64,000 nt of DNA. Source: a virus. Taxonomy: Duplodnaviria; Caudoviricetes. The notes beneath the pieces are model-generated. The model did not search any database and had not been told where the DNA came from. It was given only the letters and a program-made list of their open reading frames with translations. The DNA lies in the IMG/VR virus record IMGVR_UViG_2868108522_000001, positions 22,546 to 86,545 of that record; one strand, written 5' to 3'. Each line of letters begins with the position of its first letter. The stretch's first letter is position 1. Of this stretch, positions 63,160 through 64,000 are shown piece after piece. Made by a program: the position numbers and the translations under genes.

Positions 63160-63458
63160 TGGAGGCGCCTGTGGCTAGCCGACCTCTCCGTTGCACGAAG
63201 TGTGCTGGGCAAGTCAGCGTCGTTGAAGACGTCTCCGGAGTTGTCGACTGGGGGCTCGCCCTCGTGGACGACGACGGCACGGTTCGACCCGCCGTCCAGT
63301 ACATGGAGTTCCAGCGAGGCGACCCCATCCGCGCTCGCGCGGTCTGCACGGATCCGGAGTGCGGCCACGAGTGGACGCTCCGTCGGCGCTTCGATCCCCT
63401 CCGGGGCGAGGAGCCAGCGGCGAGTTGGTCGCCCGTCACCGGCACTGGATGGCGCTAA
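63159..63458 (+). CDS. Zn-ribbon hypothetical protein
   Basis: CTKC...CTDPECGHEW; TGATG coupling. Confidence 0.6.
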   Translation: MEAPVASRPLRCTKCAGQVSVVEDVSGVVDWGLALVDDDGTVRPAVQYMEFQRGDPIRARAVCTDPECGHEWTLRRRFDPLRGEEPAASWSPVTGTGWR

Positions 63459-63482
63459 CAGATCGCAGCAGGATCGGTGAGT

Positions 63483-63515
63483 GAAGCCCCGGCCAGGGAA
63501 AGTGGCCGGGGCTTC
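63483..63515. terminator. Bidirectional terminator
   Basis: GAAGCCCCGGCCA / TGGCCGGGGCTTC. Confidence 0.75.
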
Positions 63516-63525
63516 GTCGTGCACT

Positions 63526-63705
63526 CTACGCCGCTGTGGTGATCTCGTCGCGGACGGCGGCCACCCACTCGTCCCGCAGCTCCTCATACCGGGCCCGCGT
63601 CGGCCCCCACAACCAGCCCCCGGTCGCCTCCAACAGGACGCGGATCTCCGCATCCACGGCCGCAGCAGACCGCAGCCCGGGGTGCGGCGAAGAGGAAGGC
63701 GGCAT
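63526..63705 (-). CDS. Small hypothetical protein (leaderless)
   Basis: RSAAAV.AEIR.L...Y.EL..EW.AAVR; promoter TGTCAG-N10-TAGGAT. Confidence 0.65.
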   Translation of the reverse strand: MPPSSSPHPGLRSAAAVDAEIRVLLEATGGWLWGPTRARYEELRDEWVAAVRDEITTAA

Positions 63706-63739
63706 GCCCACGATCCTACGGCGACGGTCTGACAGGCGG

Positions 63740-64000
63740 CTACGAATCGGCGGAGCGGTCGGCAATGTACGTGCCCTTCGCGGGCAACGTCACCACAAGC
63801 CCTCGCTGCCGCAGATCCTCTACGGCTCGCCGAATGGTGCCCACGGCTACTCCGGCCTGTTCGGCCATCTCCCGCTCGCCCTCCAGGCGGGCGCCCGGCC
63901 GCAGCTCACCGGCTTCAATGCGGCGCGCAATCCAGTCCGCGACCTGCTGCCACGCATACACGGGCCGGGTCGGGTCGACGACAGGCTCCTGATCACCCAT
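63740..64000 (-). CDS. GntR-family winged-HTH regulator
   Basis: QVADWI...I..GEL.PG.RL..ERE.A...GVA..T.RRA...L...GLV......GTY. Confidence 0.9.
   Translation of the reverse strand: MGDQEPVVDPTRPVYAWQQVADWIARRIEAGELRPGARLEGEREMAEQAGVAVGTIRRAVEDLRQRGLVVTLPAKGTYIADRSADS

Larger units (their letters stand above)
1..64000. mobile_element. Temperate siphophage/prophage (Streptomyces-like) carrying an AICE-like conjugation block; boundaries lie outside the window
   Basis: Complete ordered packaging, head, tail and lysis modules at 32.9-54.8 kb, flanked by dense small phage-type ORFs; no host core genes seen. Confidence 0.93.

Noticed and set aside
1-64000. CRISPR array, tRNA or rRNA genes
   Set aside because: No regularly spaced repeat-spacer array or cloverleaf was found by eye; the repeats seen are operators or short hairpins

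Overview
High-GC actinobacterial (Streptomyces-like) temperate siphophage or prophage that runs past both window edges; no host housekeeping genes are visible. Left to right: small early genes and self-regulated cassettes (1-2.7 kb); a conjugation-like block resembling actinomycete integrative conjugative elements (AICEs), with tandem Nudix genes, a divergent HTH repressor with operators, a RapZ-like gene, Spd-like membrane proteins and an FtsK/TraB translocase (2.8-15.2 kb); more early genes (15.5-20.2 kb); a late region with two tandem three-gene fibre/spike modules and a GT2, SAM methyltransferase and NDP-sugar epimerase cluster (20.5-27.2 kb); HNH nucleases, a candidate cos site, a stand-alone Zn-finger PrimPol, terminase, portal, scaffold and major capsid with a GT4 glycosyltransferase coupled to it, then head-tail, tail, tape measure and lysis genes (30-54.8 kb); and an accessory arm with lipoproteins, a Cre-like tyrosine recombinase with a lox-like site, endonuclease VII, Ku, a LexA-type HTH, and RHH and GntR regulators (54.9-64 kb). 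The most notable items are a candidate virion O-glycosylation system (capsid and tail tube both end in Gly-Ser) and a TraB conjugation module sitting inside a complete virion-encoding element. All product calls come from motif recognition by eye; no database searches were run.
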